The position numbers and the translations under genes are program-made. Positions 8,265-19,604 of a stretch of 32,000 bases of DNA are shown here, piece after piece. Origin of the DNA: Halorhodospira halophila SL1 (lineage in GTDB: Bacteria > Pseudomonadota > Gammaproteobacteria > Nitrococcales > Halorhodospiraceae); contig NC_008789.1 in the NCBI RefSeq assembly GCF_000015585.1, positions 2,430,001 to 2,462,000 on the forward strand. Reading direction: 5' to 3'. Within the stretch, counting starts at the first letter, position 1; the number at the start of each line of letters is the position of its first letter. The notes beneath the pieces were generated by a model. The model was not told the DNA's origin and ran no database searches. It saw nothing but the letters and a program-made list of their open reading frames with translations.

Positions 8265-8591
8265 GGCAGGGTTGCTCCTTGAGTGGGATGCTGCGTTTGC
8301 GCAGTTCCCAGACTGTTAGCAGGGTCCGTGCCAGCGGGTCGCAGGCGTTGCGACACGGGCACGAAGGCCCCCCGGCCGAGGTGATGCGCGCGCGGTTTGT
8401 AAGATTCCGCGACAGGGCGCTTCCGATGCCTTGCCGGACAACCTCCTACAGCAGCCCCGTCGGGGACGGGATCGTCAAGCGTGCGTCACTTTTCTTTACA
8501 GCCGCCTCGACCCACCAATCTGCTCGCGCCTGACAGCCCCCCTGAGGCTGCGCTACATTGCAGGGTAGACGGACGGCGATGGAGGCCCCTG

Positions 8592-9797
8592 GTGAACAGC
8601 CCCCCGCGTTGCCACGATGTGGTGGTTGTAGGTGGCGGAATGGTGGGCGCCGCGGTGGCCGCCGACTTCGCCGGCCGCGGCTGGCGGGTGGGTGTGGTCG
8701 AGACCACCGGCCCGAAGCCCGTAGAGGCCGGCTCCCCCTACCACCTCCGGGTCTCGGCCCTGAACCTCGGCTCGGAAGGCTACCTCGACGAGCTCGGGGC
8801 TTGGCACGCCATTCGTGGCACCCGCGCCTGCCCCTACCGTCGGCTTCAGGTCTGGGACGGCGATCATGCGGGGCGTCTAACCTTCCACGCCGAAGACCTC
8901 GGCCCGGGAACCAATCACCTGGGACACATCGTCGAGAACGACCTGATCCAGGAGGCCCTCTGGTCGGTGCTGGGGCGGTCGGCGACGGTCCACCGGTACT
9001 GCCCGAACGAAACCAGCCGCCTGGAGCCAGCGCCCTTCGGGGCCACGGTACGGCTCGACGATGGCCGGCGGATCCACGGCAACCTGGTGATCGCCGCCGA
9101 CGGTGCGCAATCCCGGCTGCGACAGTCGCTCGGGATCCCGGTGACGGTCCGCGACTACCGCCAGCACGCCGTGGTCGCCGAGGTGGCAACCCGACTGGGG
9201 CAGCAGGACATCACCTGGCAGCGCTTCCTGCCGGAGGGCCCCCAGGCCTTTCTTCCCCTGGTGGGAGCGCGAGCCTCCCTGGTCTGGTACACGACGCCGG
9301 ACCGGGCTCGGCAGCTGGTCGAGCTGCCGAACGAGCAACTGGGAGAGAACATCGAGGCCGCGTTCCCACCCGAGCTTGGCGGGATCGAGGCCGTGGTGCA
9401 GCGAGCCAGCTTCCCGATTCGGGCCCAGCACGCCCACAGCTATCTGGCGCCGGGAGTAGTCCTGATCGGCGATGCGGCCCACACCATCCACCCGTTGGCC
9501 GGACAGGGCGTCAACCTGGGGCTGCGCGATGCGCGGGCCCTCGCCCGGCACGTGGCGGCGGCGGTCGAGGCCGGCTACCCGCCGGACGATCCGCGGGTGC
9601 TCAGCGCCTACGCCCGGGAACGCCGCCAAGACAACCAGCTCGCACAGTCGACCATGACCGGCATCCACGAACTCTTCGGGAGCCGCTGTACCCGGTTGGC
9701 TCGGTTGCGTCCCTGGGGACTGCGCCTGGCCGATCACGGCGGACCGGCCAAACGTCTGGCGCTGCGCTACGCCAGCTACGGCAGTTGGCTCGGCTGA
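8592..9797 (+). CDS. UbiH/UbiF/UbiI-family FAD-dependent ubiquinone-biosynthesis hydroxylase
   Basis: Rossmann motif DVVVVGGGMVGAAVA and family signature VLIGDAAHTIHPLAGQGVNLGLRDA. I prefer GTG 8592 (GGAGG 6 nt upstream) over the ORF-track start at 8481, which adds 37 non-homologous residues. Confidence 0.85.
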   Translation: MNSPPRCHDVVVVGGGMVGAAVAADFAGRGWRVGVVETTGPKPVEAGSPYHLRVSALNLGSEGYLDELGAWHAIRGTRACPYRRLQVWDGDHAGRLTFHAEDLGPGTNHLGHIVENDLIQEALWSVLGRSATVHRYCPNETSRLEPAPFGATVRLDDGRRIHGNLVIAADGAQSRLRQSLGIPVTVRDYRQHAVVAEVATRLGQQDITWQRFLPEGPQAFLPLVGARASLVWYTTPDRARQLVELPNEQLGENIEAAFPPELGGIEAVVQRASFPIRAQHAHSYLAPGVVLIGDAAHTIHPLAGQGVNLGLRDARALARHVAAAVEAGYPPDDPRVLSAYARERRQDNQLAQSTMTGIHELFGSRCTRLARLRPWGLRLADHGGPAKRLALRYASYGSWLG

Positions 9798-9815
9798 CCG
9801 GGACCGCGCCGGCGG

Positions 9816-11600
9816 TTACTCCGAACCGCTGACCCGCCGCAGGCGGATGCCCAGCTCACGCAACTGCGCCTCGCCCACCTCGGCCGGCGCCTCGGTGAGC
9901 ATGCAGGTGGCGGTCTGGGTCTTGGGGAAGGCCATGACCTCGCGAATCGAGTCGGCCCCCGCCATGAGCATCACCAGCCGGTCCATGCCGAAGGCGATAC
10001 CGCCGTGGGGCGGGCAGCCGTACTGCAGGGCGTCGAGCAGGAACCCGAACTTGGAGCGGGCCTCCTCCTCGCCGATACCCAGCACCCCGAAGACGGCCTG
10101 CTGCATGTCGGGATCGTGGATACGGATCGACCCGCCGCCGAGTTCAACGCCGTTGAGCACACAGTCGTACGCTCGCGAGACCAGGGCCTCGGCGTCCTGC
10201 TGCTGAAGCTCGGCGGGGTCCTGTACGCACGGGGCAGTAAACGGATGGTGCAGGGAGTAGAGCCGCCCGTCCTTCTCGTCGTACTCGAACATCGGGAAAT
10301 CGACCACCCACAGCGGCCGCCAGGCGTCCTCGACCAGCCCCATGTCGTGGCCGATGCGCACGCGCAATGCCCCCAGGGCGTCGTTGACCACGCTGGCCCG
10401 ATCGGCGCCAAAGAAGACCACGTCGCCCGCCTGGGCACCCGTGCGCTCGAGGATTCCCCGCACGGCCTCCTCGGTGAGGAACTTGACGATGGGCGACTGC
10501 AGGCCCTCGACCCCCTGAGCCGGGTCGTTGACCTTGATGTAGGCCAGGCCCTTGGCTCCGTAACGGCCGACGAAATCGGTGTAGTCGTCGATCTGCTTGC
10601 GCGTCAGCCCGCCCCCACCGGGGACACGCAGGGCCGCCACACGGCCCCGCGGATCTTGGGCCGGCGCCGAGAAGACCTTGAAATCCACCTCGCGGACCAG
10701 GTCGCCGACCTCGACCAGCTCCAGCGGGATGCGCAGGTCCGGCTTGTCCGAGCCGTACCGATCCATGGCTTCGGCGTAACGCATGCGCGGGAACGGATCC
10801 GACAGCTCGACGCCCAGAACCTGGCGGAAGAGCTGGCGCAGCATCCGCTCGGTGACCCCCATGACGGCCTCTTCGTCGACGAAGGCGGCCTCCATGTCGA
10901 GCTGGGTGAACTCCGGCTGGCGATCGGCGCGCAGGTCCTCGTCACGGAAGCAGCGCACGATCTGGTAGTAGCGGTCGAACCCGGCCATCATCAGCAACTG
11001 CTTGAACAGCTGCGGCGACTGCGGCAGCGCGAAGAAACGGCCGGGGTGGGTGCGGCTGGGCACCAGATAGTCGCGGGCGCCCTCGGGCGTGGCCCGAGTC
11101 AGCATCGGCGTCTCGATGTCGAGGAACCCCTCGTCCTCCAGGTGGCGGCGGATGGCCGAACTCACCCGGGCGCGCAGCTGCAGGCGCTGCTGCATCTCGG
11201 GGCGACGCAGATCCACGTAGCGGTGACGCAGGCGCACGTCCTCGCCCACCTGCTCGTGCTCATCGAGCTGGAACGGCGGCGTCTTGGCGGTGTTGAGCAC
11301 CTCGACCGCCCGGCCCAGGACCTCGACCCGCCCGGAGTGCAGATCCGGGTTTTCGGTACCCTCCGGCCGGTGCCGCACCCGACCGGTGATGCGCAGGACG
11401 TACTCGTTCCGCGCGCGGTCGGCGGCGGCGAACGCCTCTTCGGTGTCCGGATCGACCACCACCTGCACCAGACCGGCCCGATCGCGCAGGTCGATGAAGA
11501 TGATGCCGCCGTGATCGCGCCGCCGGTGCACCCAGCCGCACAGAGTGACTTCGGTATCCAGGTGGGATTCGCAGATCTCGCCGCAGTAGTGACTACGCAT
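9816..11600 (-). CDS. aspS: Aspartyl-tRNA synthetase
   Basis: Start ATG 11600 (MRSHYCGE...[24 protein letters not shown]). Class II motifs ([60 protein letters not shown]). 594 aa, collinear with E. coli AspS. Confidence 0.95.
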   Translation of the reverse strand: MRSHYCGEICESHLDTEVTLCGWVHRRRDHGGIIFIDLRDRAGLVQVVVDPDTEEAFAAADRARNEYVLRITGRVRHRPEGTENPDLHSGRVEVLGRAVEVLNTAKTPPFQLDEHEQVGEDVRLRHRYVDLRRPEMQQRLQLRARVSSAIRRHLEDEGFLDIETPMLTRATPEGARDYLVPSRTHPGRFFALPQSPQLFKQLLMMAGFDRYYQIVRCFRDEDLRADRQPEFTQLDMEAAFVDEEAVMGVTERMLRQLFRQVLGVELSDPFPRMRYAEAMDRYGSDKPDLRIPLELVEVGDLVREVDFKVFSAPAQDPRGRVAALRVPGGGGLTRKQIDDYTDFVGRYGAKGLAYIKVNDPAQGVEGLQSPIVKFLTEEAVRGILERTGAQAGDVVFFGADRASVVNDALGALRVRIGHDMGLVEDAWRPLWVVDFPMFEYDEKDGRLYSLHHPFTAPCVQDPAELQQQDAEALVSRAYDCVLNGVELGGGSIRIHDPDMQQAVFGVLGIGEEEARSKFGFLLDALQYGCPPHGGIAFGMDRLVMLMAGADSIREVMAFPKTQTATCMLTEAPAEVGEAQLRELGIRLRRVSGSE

Positions 11601-11650
11601 GGTTGATTCCGGATTGGGTAGGTGGGGCCAAAGGGTGGCAATGGTAAGCA

Positions 11651-11666
11651 CGCCCCCGGGGGGGCG
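11651..11666 (-). terminator. Short GC hairpin (CGCCC...GGGCG) downstream of kaiB, weak terminator candidate
   Basis: C5/G7 tract able to form a 5-6 bp stem, 32 nt after the kaiB stop and 51 nt before the aspS start. No U-tract. Confidence 0.25.
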
Positions 11667-11697
11667 CAAGCGAGGACCCGATCACGGCAGCGGCTAC

Positions 11698-11979
11698 TCA
11701 CCCCTCCTTGAGGTCGAGCCCGATGAGCACCTTCTCGCGCTCGGAGAGATCGCCGACAACACGCCGAACCGGCGGCGGCAGCTTCTTGATCACCACCGGG
11801 GTCGCCAGGATGCGCTCGTCCTCGGCCAGCTGCGGGCGCTCGAGGATGTCGATGACCTCGAGCTGACACTGCGCGTCATCGCCGTAGGCCTCCTCGATGA
11901 TCCGCTCCAGATTGCGGATGGCACGCTCGGCCGCCGGGGTCCGCCCGGCGATGTAGAGCCGCAGGACCAGCTCGCTCAC
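11698..11979 (-). CDS. kaiB: KaiB (thioredoxin-like clock protein)
   Basis: 93 aa, alignable end to end with cyanobacterial KaiB from memory (LRLYIAGRTPAAERAIRNL...VIDILERPQLAEDERILATPVVIKKLPPPVRRVVGDLSEREKVLIGLDL). The GTG start at 11979 overlaps the kaiC TGA (GTGA). Confidence 0.9.
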   Translation of the reverse strand: MSELVLRLYIAGRTPAAERAIRNLERIIEEAYGDDAQCQLEVIDILERPQLAEDERILATPVVIKKLPPPVRRVVGDLSEREKVLIGLDLKEG

Positions 11980-13430
11980 GACCCGTCTCCCGTATCGGCA
12001 GTGTTGACCACGTGTACCCCGTCGCTGGAGAGGTAGTACTCCTGAATCCGGTCCGAGGTCGGCAGGCCGCGAGCCTTGACCACGTTCAACAAGCGCCGCA
12101 GCTTGCCGTCCCGCTCGTCGCGACGCAACTTGATCCACACATCCACGATGGAAGAGACGTCCATCGTACTGAAGCCGTCACTGTAGTCAGGCAACAGCTC
12201 CGTCGCCACGACCGTCACGCCCTCGCGCTTGAGCATATAGAATAACCGCAGGAGCATCTCCTTGCCCTGACGATCTTTCTGGCGATCGCTCATGGCGCTC
12301 GCCGGGTCCAGGATCACCACCGCTGGGAGCTTCTCCTTCACCGCGCGCATCACCCGCAGCAGGTGCTCCTCCCAGCCCAGCTCCACGGCCAGCAACGGCT
12401 CCAGCACCAGCCGGCCGCTTTCGATATGCGGGGCCAGATCCACGCCCACGCTGCGCTGGTTGCGCAGCAGCTCGTCGGTGGCCTCTTCGAAGCTGAGGTA
12501 GAGCACCCTGTCACCGGCCTCGCAGGCGGCACCGGCGAACGTCGCTGCAAAGCTCGTCTTGCCAGTACCCGACTGCCCGGAGATCATGACCGCTGAGCCG
12601 CGGTAGGGTCCGCCCCCGCCGAGCATCGCGTCGAGCCCCGCGACCCCGGTACGATGCCGCTCGGCGGAGGGGTAGGCCTCGAGCCGGGTTCCGGTAATCG
12701 GCGCCAGGAACACCCCCTCGCCGTCGAGCAGGAACGGGAACTCGTTGGTGCCGTGACTGCCACCCCGGCGCTTGAGGATGCGCAGCAGACGCGTCATGCG
12801 CCGATCGCACATCTCCTGACGCAGGAGGATCACGCAGTCGGCGATGTAATCCTCCAGCCCAAAGCGCTCGCTGAAGCCAGAGTGTTCGCCGGAGGTGATC
12901 AGGGTGGTGGCATCGCGCTCGCGGATCCAGTCGAAGACCCGCGTCAGCTCGGCGCGCAGACTGCTGCCCGGCGCGAAGCTCTCGTCCATGCCGTCGATGG
13001 CGTCGACCACGAGGCGCTTGGCACCGAGGGCGTCCAGGGCGTGACCGATGCGCGCGAGCAGCGCGGTCAGCTCGATCTCCTCGCCGGAGACCAGCTCGGA
13101 GCGATCCGGGCGCATATCGAGGATGCGACCGCGTCCAGCGGCCAGGTGCTCCGCCAGGGGGAACCCCAAGGCTTCGGCATGGCGGGTCAGTGCCGCGGGC
13201 GACTCGTCGAAGGTGGCCAGAACCGACGGCTCTCCCTGCTCGAGCCCGTGGCAGAAGAAGGTCAGCGCGATGGCTGTCTTCCCGGCACCGGGGCCACCAC
13301 GCAGCAGGGTGGGCTGCCCCTCGGGCAACCCTCCGTCGAGGATGAAATCCAGCCCCTCGATCCCTGTGGGTGCGGTCTGTGCGCCGCGCCGCCGGGCGCC
13401 GATCGCCGCTGAGCTATTGCCTTGTGCCAT
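11976..13430 (-). CDS. kaiC: KaiC (double RecA-like ATPase/autokinase), short C-terminus
   Basis: ATG 13430 with GGAG 6 nt upstream. PTGIEGLDFILDGGLPEG...GGPGAGKT in the first half and TGVAGLDAMLGGGGPYRG...GQSGTGKT in the second half. LSFEEA catalytic pair in CII. RILKRRGGSH and VVKARGLP arginine-finger regions. 484 aa. Confidence 0.9.
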   Translation of the reverse strand: MAQGNSSAAIGARRRGAQTAPTGIEGLDFILDGGLPEGQPTLLRGGPGAGKTAIALTFFCHGLEQGEPSVLATFDESPAALTRHAEALGFPLAEHLAAGRGRILDMRPDRSELVSGEEIELTALLARIGHALDALGAKRLVVDAIDGMDESFAPGSSLRAELTRVFDWIRERDATTLITSGEHSGFSERFGLEDYIADCVILLRQEMCDRRMTRLLRILKRRGGSHGTNEFPFLLDGEGVFLAPITGTRLEAYPSAERHRTGVAGLDAMLGGGGPYRGSAVMISGQSGTGKTSFAATFAGAACEAGDRVLYLSFEEATDELLRNQRSVGVDLAPHIESGRLVLEPLLAVELGWEEHLLRVMRAVKEKLPAVVILDPASAMSDRQKDRQGKEMLLRLFYMLKREGVTVVATELLPDYSDGFSTMDVSSIVDVWIKLRRDERDGKLRRLLNVVKARGLPTSDRIQEYYLSSDGVHVVNTADTGDGS

Positions 13431-13504
13431 GCCGTACTCCGTGATGACCCACCAGGCAGAGTGCCAAAAAGCGCCGACAGGTCCAAGGCCGGCCACGCGG
13501 GGTG

Positions 13505-13846
13505 TCAGCTTGAGGCGGATCCGCTGGAACTGGCCACCGCCCCCTGGGACTGACTGCCACTGCTCGACGAGCTGCTGGCCGACGACGCCCCCTGATCCTT
13601 GCTCTTCTCACCACCGCCCTTGTTGCCGCTGTTGTTGCCACCCTCGGCGACATTCTTGCGTTGACCGGATTTGAAGTCGGTCTCGTACCAGCCGCCGCCC
13701 TTGAGGCGGAAGGCCGCTGCAGAGACCAGCCGCTTGAGCGATGCCTGGCCGCACTCGGGGCAATCGGTCAGTGGCCCGTCCGATACGGACTGGATGGCCT
13801 CAAGACGGTGACCGCAACCACAGCACTCGTACTCGTAAATCGGCAT
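13505..13846 (-). CDS. FmdB-family zinc-ribbon protein (CxxC-x-CxxC) with Gly/Ser-rich tail
   Basis: MPIYEYECCGCGHRLEAIQSVSDGPLTDCPECGQASLKRLVSAAAFRLKGGGWYETDF matches the family signature. Start ATG 13846 preceded by GAGGGAGAGG. Confidence 0.8.
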   Translation of the reverse strand: MPIYEYECCGCGHRLEAIQSVSDGPLTDCPECGQASLKRLVSAAAFRLKGGGWYETDFKSGQRKNVAEGGNNSGNKGGGEKSKDQGASSASSSSSSGSQSQGAVASSSGSASS

Positions 13847-13927
13847 CGATCCTCTCCCTCTATCAACCACCCTCGTCGGACGGCCTATCTATGGGGGCCA
13901 CCAACCAGGAAAACAAGCCCGGCCCGC

Positions 13928-14560
13928 TCACCGGCAGAAAGGCCAGAACTGGTACCAGCGCCAGCACTGCAGATCGTCTTCGCACCCGGCCAGCTGCTCC
14001 TCGTAACGGCGGGCCCGGGCCTCGACGTTACGGACGACCCGCTGCAGGGTCGGCTTCTGGCGGTAGCTACCCTGGCGATACCCGCCGTGCCCCTCGTGGT
14101 AGGCCAGGTAGAGCCGTCGCGGGTCGTCCAGGTCGACCCCGACCCGCTCCCGGGTGCGCTGGTTGTACCAGCCAATGAAGTCCAGGGCGTCGCGCATCCG
14201 GGTGCGGTGGGCGTCCCAGTGGCCGGCGTCCTCCCGGTACTCGCCCCAGACCGGATCCTGCGCCTGGGCGTAACCGTAGGCGGAACTCGGGCGACGCCAC
14301 GGGATGAACCCGAGCAGACGCCGCCGCGGCGGGCGAGCGTCGGCGATGAACGACGACTCCTGATGGACAAAGGCCATCTGGATGGGAATCGGCGTACCCC
14401 AGCGTTCCTCGGAGCGCCGGGCGTGATCATACCACTCCGGGTTCTCCTCGAAGACGACGCAGATGTCGTTGATATCCGATGGTTGCGGGCGATGGGCACA
14501 CCCGGCCAACACCAGCAGCACCGCAACCCCAAGGATCCGCAGGATTCGCCCTGGCGCCAT
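13928..14560 (-). CDS. Lipoprotein with SLT/lytic-transglycosylase-like motif
   Basis: Start ATG 14560. Lipobox LVLAGC. Catalytic-type motif MAFVHQESSF. Conserved AYGYAQAQDPVW and YLAYHEGHGGY blocks, recalled from proteins annotated 'transglycosylase SLT domain'. Confidence 0.65.
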   Translation of the reverse strand: MAPGRILRILGVAVLLVLAGCAHRPQPSDINDICVVFEENPEWYDHARRSEERWGTPIPIQMAFVHQESSFIADARPPRRRLLGFIPWRRPSSAYGYAQAQDPVWGEYREDAGHWDAHRTRMRDALDFIGWYNQRTRERVGVDLDDPRRLYLAYHEGHGGYRQGSYRQKPTLQRVVRNVEARARRYEEQLAGCEDDLQCWRWYQFWPFCR

Positions 14561-14645
14561 GCCCGCCTCGCGCGACCGATCTTCAGGAAGGCGACAGGAT
14601 ACCCGATGTGGAGCTCGGCGCGCGCAGGCTTTAGCCTGTCGGGCC

Positions 14646-15518
14646 ATGGACGATACGCACACTGCTCCCCGCCCCACCGTGCTGATCACCGGCTGCTCCA
14701 GCGGCATCGGCGCCGCCGCGGCACAGCACATGGCCCGGCGCGGCTGGCGGGTCTTTCCGACGGCACGCCGGCACGAGGACGTGGACCGGCTCCGTGAGGC
14801 CGGCTGGGATGACGCCCTGGCGCTGGACCTGACCGACAGCACCTCGATTGCCAGCGCGGTCCACGAGGTGGCGACGCGCACCGGCGGGCGCCTCGACGCG
14901 CTGTTCAACAACGGCGCCTACGGCCAACCGGGAGCGGTGGAGGACCTCTCCCGGGCGACCCTGCGCGAGCAACTCGAGACGAACCTGCTGGGCACCCACG
15001 AACTGACCACGCAGGTGCTGCCACTCATGCGCAGCCAGGGCCACGGGCGCATCGTGCAGAACAGCTCGGTGCTCGGCTTCATCGCCCTGCCCTACCGGGG
15101 CGCCTACGTCTGCTCGAAGTTCGCCCTGGAGGGGCTCACCGACACGCTCCGCCAGGAACTGGTCGGCAGCGGCATCCACGTCAGCCTGATTCAGCCCGGG
15201 CCGATCGCCAGCCGTTTTCGCGACAACGCCCACCGCGCCTTCCGCGCTCGCATCGACGCCGAGCACAGCGCCCACGCCCCCACCTACCAGGCCGTCGAAC
15301 AGCGCCTGGCGGGCGCCGGCGCCTCGACGCCGTTCACCCTGGAGGCCGGGGCGGTGGCGGCCAAGCTGGCCCACGCCCTGGAGCATCCGCGCCCCAAGGC
15401 CCGCTACCACGTCACCGTGCCCACCCATCTGTTCGCGGCCCTCAAACGCCTCCTGCCCACCCGGTGGTTGGACCGGGTCTTGCTGGCGGCCACGGCCTCG
15501 GAACGCCGCCCCGGCTAA
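14646..15518 (+). CDS. Short-chain dehydrogenase/reductase (classical SDR)
   Basis: ATG 14646. Cofactor motif TGCSSGIG, NNG, catalytic S...YxxxK (SSVLGF...YVCSKFAL) and PGP motif (IQPGPIAS). Confidence 0.85.
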   Translation: MDDTHTAPRPTVLITGCSSGIGAAAAQHMARRGWRVFPTARRHEDVDRLREAGWDDALALDLTDSTSIASAVHEVATRTGGRLDALFNNGAYGQPGAVEDLSRATLREQLETNLLGTHELTTQVLPLMRSQGHGRIVQNSSVLGFIALPYRGAYVCSKFALEGLTDTLRQELVGSGIHVSLIQPGPIASRFRDNAHRAFRARIDAEHSAHAPTYQAVEQRLAGAGASTPFTLEAGAVAAKLAHALEHPRPKARYHVTVPTHLFAALKRLLPTRWLDRVLLAATASERRPG

Positions 15519-15527
15519 TCCGACACG

Positions 15528-15559
15528 ACTGTGCCCGGAGGGCCTCCTCCGGGCACAGT
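15528..15559. terminator. 14-bp GC-rich hairpin between convergent SDR and clpB genes (bidirectional terminator candidate)
   Basis: ACTGTGCCCGGAGG-gcct-CCTCCGGGCACAGT, perfect complementarity read directly. No flanking T/A tracts. Confidence 0.55.
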
Positions 15560-15599
15560 CCGGCACCGCTCGGGCGTGACCGCGGGCGGCGGTCGGCTC

Positions 15600-18212
<2,613 letters not shown>

Positions 18213-18291
18213 TGCTCTACCCCCTTGGCCGCATGTCGGGCCGACGATCCGGTTCACCGCACGTTGGCGATGGCTTGACCCTTGTCAGGAT

Positions 18292-18319
18292 AGATGGGGC
18301 GGCGAGGATGGGTTTTCAA
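18292..18319 (-). promoter_or_regulatory. Sigma32 (heat-shock) promoter of clpB: TTGAAA-14 nt-CCCCATCTA
   Basis: Minus strand reads ggaTTGAAAacccatcctcgccgCCCCATCTAtcc. This matches the recalled E. coli sigma32 consensus CTTGAAA-N(13-17)-CCCCATnTA. It lies ~80 nt upstream of the clpB ATG. The -35 overlaps the stop codon (18316-18318) of the upstream cyclase gene. Confidence 0.65.
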
Positions 18320-19602
18320 TCCGTCTCAGGCAGGACCGCGACGCGGTTGCGCCCCTGGCGCTTGGCCTCGTACATGGCCAGATCGGCGGCTTTCAGAGCC
18401 TCCTCCACCGAGCCGCCCTCGAGCACGGCCACCCCGACGCTGGCACTGGTCGTGATGGTCTCGCCCTCATAGACCAGCTCCAGCGTCTCGATGCCGTTGC
18501 GAATCCGTTCGCCTAGGGTTCGGGCACCGGCCGTATCGATCCCCAGGGTGAGGATGTAGAACTCCTCGCCCCCAGAACGGACCAGCACGTCGGCACGCCG
18601 GACGGTATCGCGCAGCTGGTCAGCGACCCGCTTGAGCACCGTGTCACCGCCGAAGTGGCCCAGGCGGTCGTTGATCGACTTGAAGTGGTCGAGGTCCACC
18701 ACCAGCGCCCCCAGCGGCTGCTGGGTGCGCCGCGCCGTCTCGCCCAGCTGCTCAGCGATCTCGTCGAGGTAGAGCCGGTTGTGCAACCCGGTCAGCGGAT
18801 CCCGCCGGGCCCCTTCCCGGGCCTCGCGCAGCAGTTCCATGAGGTCCACGTTCTGATTGACGCGGACACTGAGCTCCTCTTCGAGGAAAGGGCGGGTCAG
18901 GAAGTCATCGGCCCCGGCCTTGAGCAGCCGCGCGGAGAGCAGCCCGGAGCCGTGACTGGAGACCCCGATGATCCCTAGCCGTTGCGTGGTGTGTCGACGG
19001 CGCAGCTCCCGGATCAGGGTGATGCCGTCCATCCCCGGCATGTTCTGGTCGCAGAGGACCAGCCGGATGGGGGTGTCGGTCTCGGCGTCGATCTGCTGCA
19101 GCGCCTGCTCGCCGTCGCCGGCCTCGTAGCAACAGAACCCCCAGCGGCCGAGGAGGTGGACCAGATAGGCCCGCGCCGAGCGGGAGTCGTCAACCACCAG
19201 CACCCCGATGTCGTGGTTGCGATGGATGCGATGCAGGGTGCGCAGCACGGAGTCAATGGCATCCGGGGCGTCCTTGAGGACGTAATCGCAGACGCCGGCG
19301 GCGACGAGCTGGTCGCGCAGGTCGTCTTCGATGGTGGCGGTCAGGACCACCGACGGGATCTGCCGCTCCACCAGGTCCCCGGCCACCTCGCCGTGGGGCG
19401 CATCCGGCAGATCCAGATCGAGCACCGCGGCACTGATGCGCTCCGCATGGGTGTGCAGCCACTCCCGAGCCGCTGCGCGGCTGCCGGCGACCAGCGCCCG
19501 CAGGCCCAGGGCGTCCTCGATGCGCCCGGCCAGCCAGCCGGCCACGGCACGGCTATCCTCCACCACCAGGACGCAATCGGCGACGCGCTGCTCCTCGACC
19601 AT
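18316..19602 (-). CDS. PleD-like response regulator diguanylate cyclase (REC-REC-GGDEF)
   Basis: ATG 19602 with GAGGAG upstream. REC1 (VLVVEDSR...AAVLDLDLPD...VLKD). REC2 (VLVVDDSRSAR...LVLCDQNMPGMDG...FLTRPF). GGDEF domain (RDPLTGLHNR...DLDHFKSINDRLGH..GD...SGGEEF...YEAKRQGRNR). The RxxD I-site (RRAD) lies five residues before GGEEF. Confidence 0.9.
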   Translation of the reverse strand: MVEEQRVADCVLVVEDSRAVAGWLAGRIEDALGLRALVAGSRAAAREWLHTHAERISAAVLDLDLPDAPHGEVAGDLVERQIPSVVLTATIEDDLRDQLVAAGVCDYVLKDAPDAIDSVLRTLHRIHRNHDIGVLVVDDSRSARAYLVHLLGRWGFCCYEAGDGEQALQQIDAETDTPIRLVLCDQNMPGMDGITLIRELRRRHTTQRLGIIGVSSHGSGLLSARLLKAGADDFLTRPFLEEELSVRVNQNVDLMELLREAREGARRDPLTGLHNRLYLDEIAEQLGETARRTQQPLGALVVDLDHFKSINDRLGHFGGDTVLKRVADQLRDTVRRADVLVRSGGEEFYILTLGIDTAGARTLGERIRNGIETLELVYEGETITTSASVGVAVLEGGSVEEALKAADLAMYEAKRQGRNRVAVLPETD

Positions 19603-19604
19603 GC

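Noticed and set aside
8265-8591. I considered a 6S RNA (ssrS) gene, because ubiH-region neighbourhoods in enterobacteria include ssrS.
   Set aside because: I could not find the long closing stem or central-bubble architecture, or similarity to the recalled E. coli 6S sequence. The enterobacterial synteny (zapA-ssrS-ygfA) is also absent here.
10005-11606. 533-aa plus-strand ORF. Similar long shadow ORFs occur at 6069..7346, 22740..24317 and 24969..26258.
   Set aside because: They are antisense to aspS, hcp, nadE and sucC respectively. None has an identifiable domain, and all are explained by high GC content suppressing stop codons.
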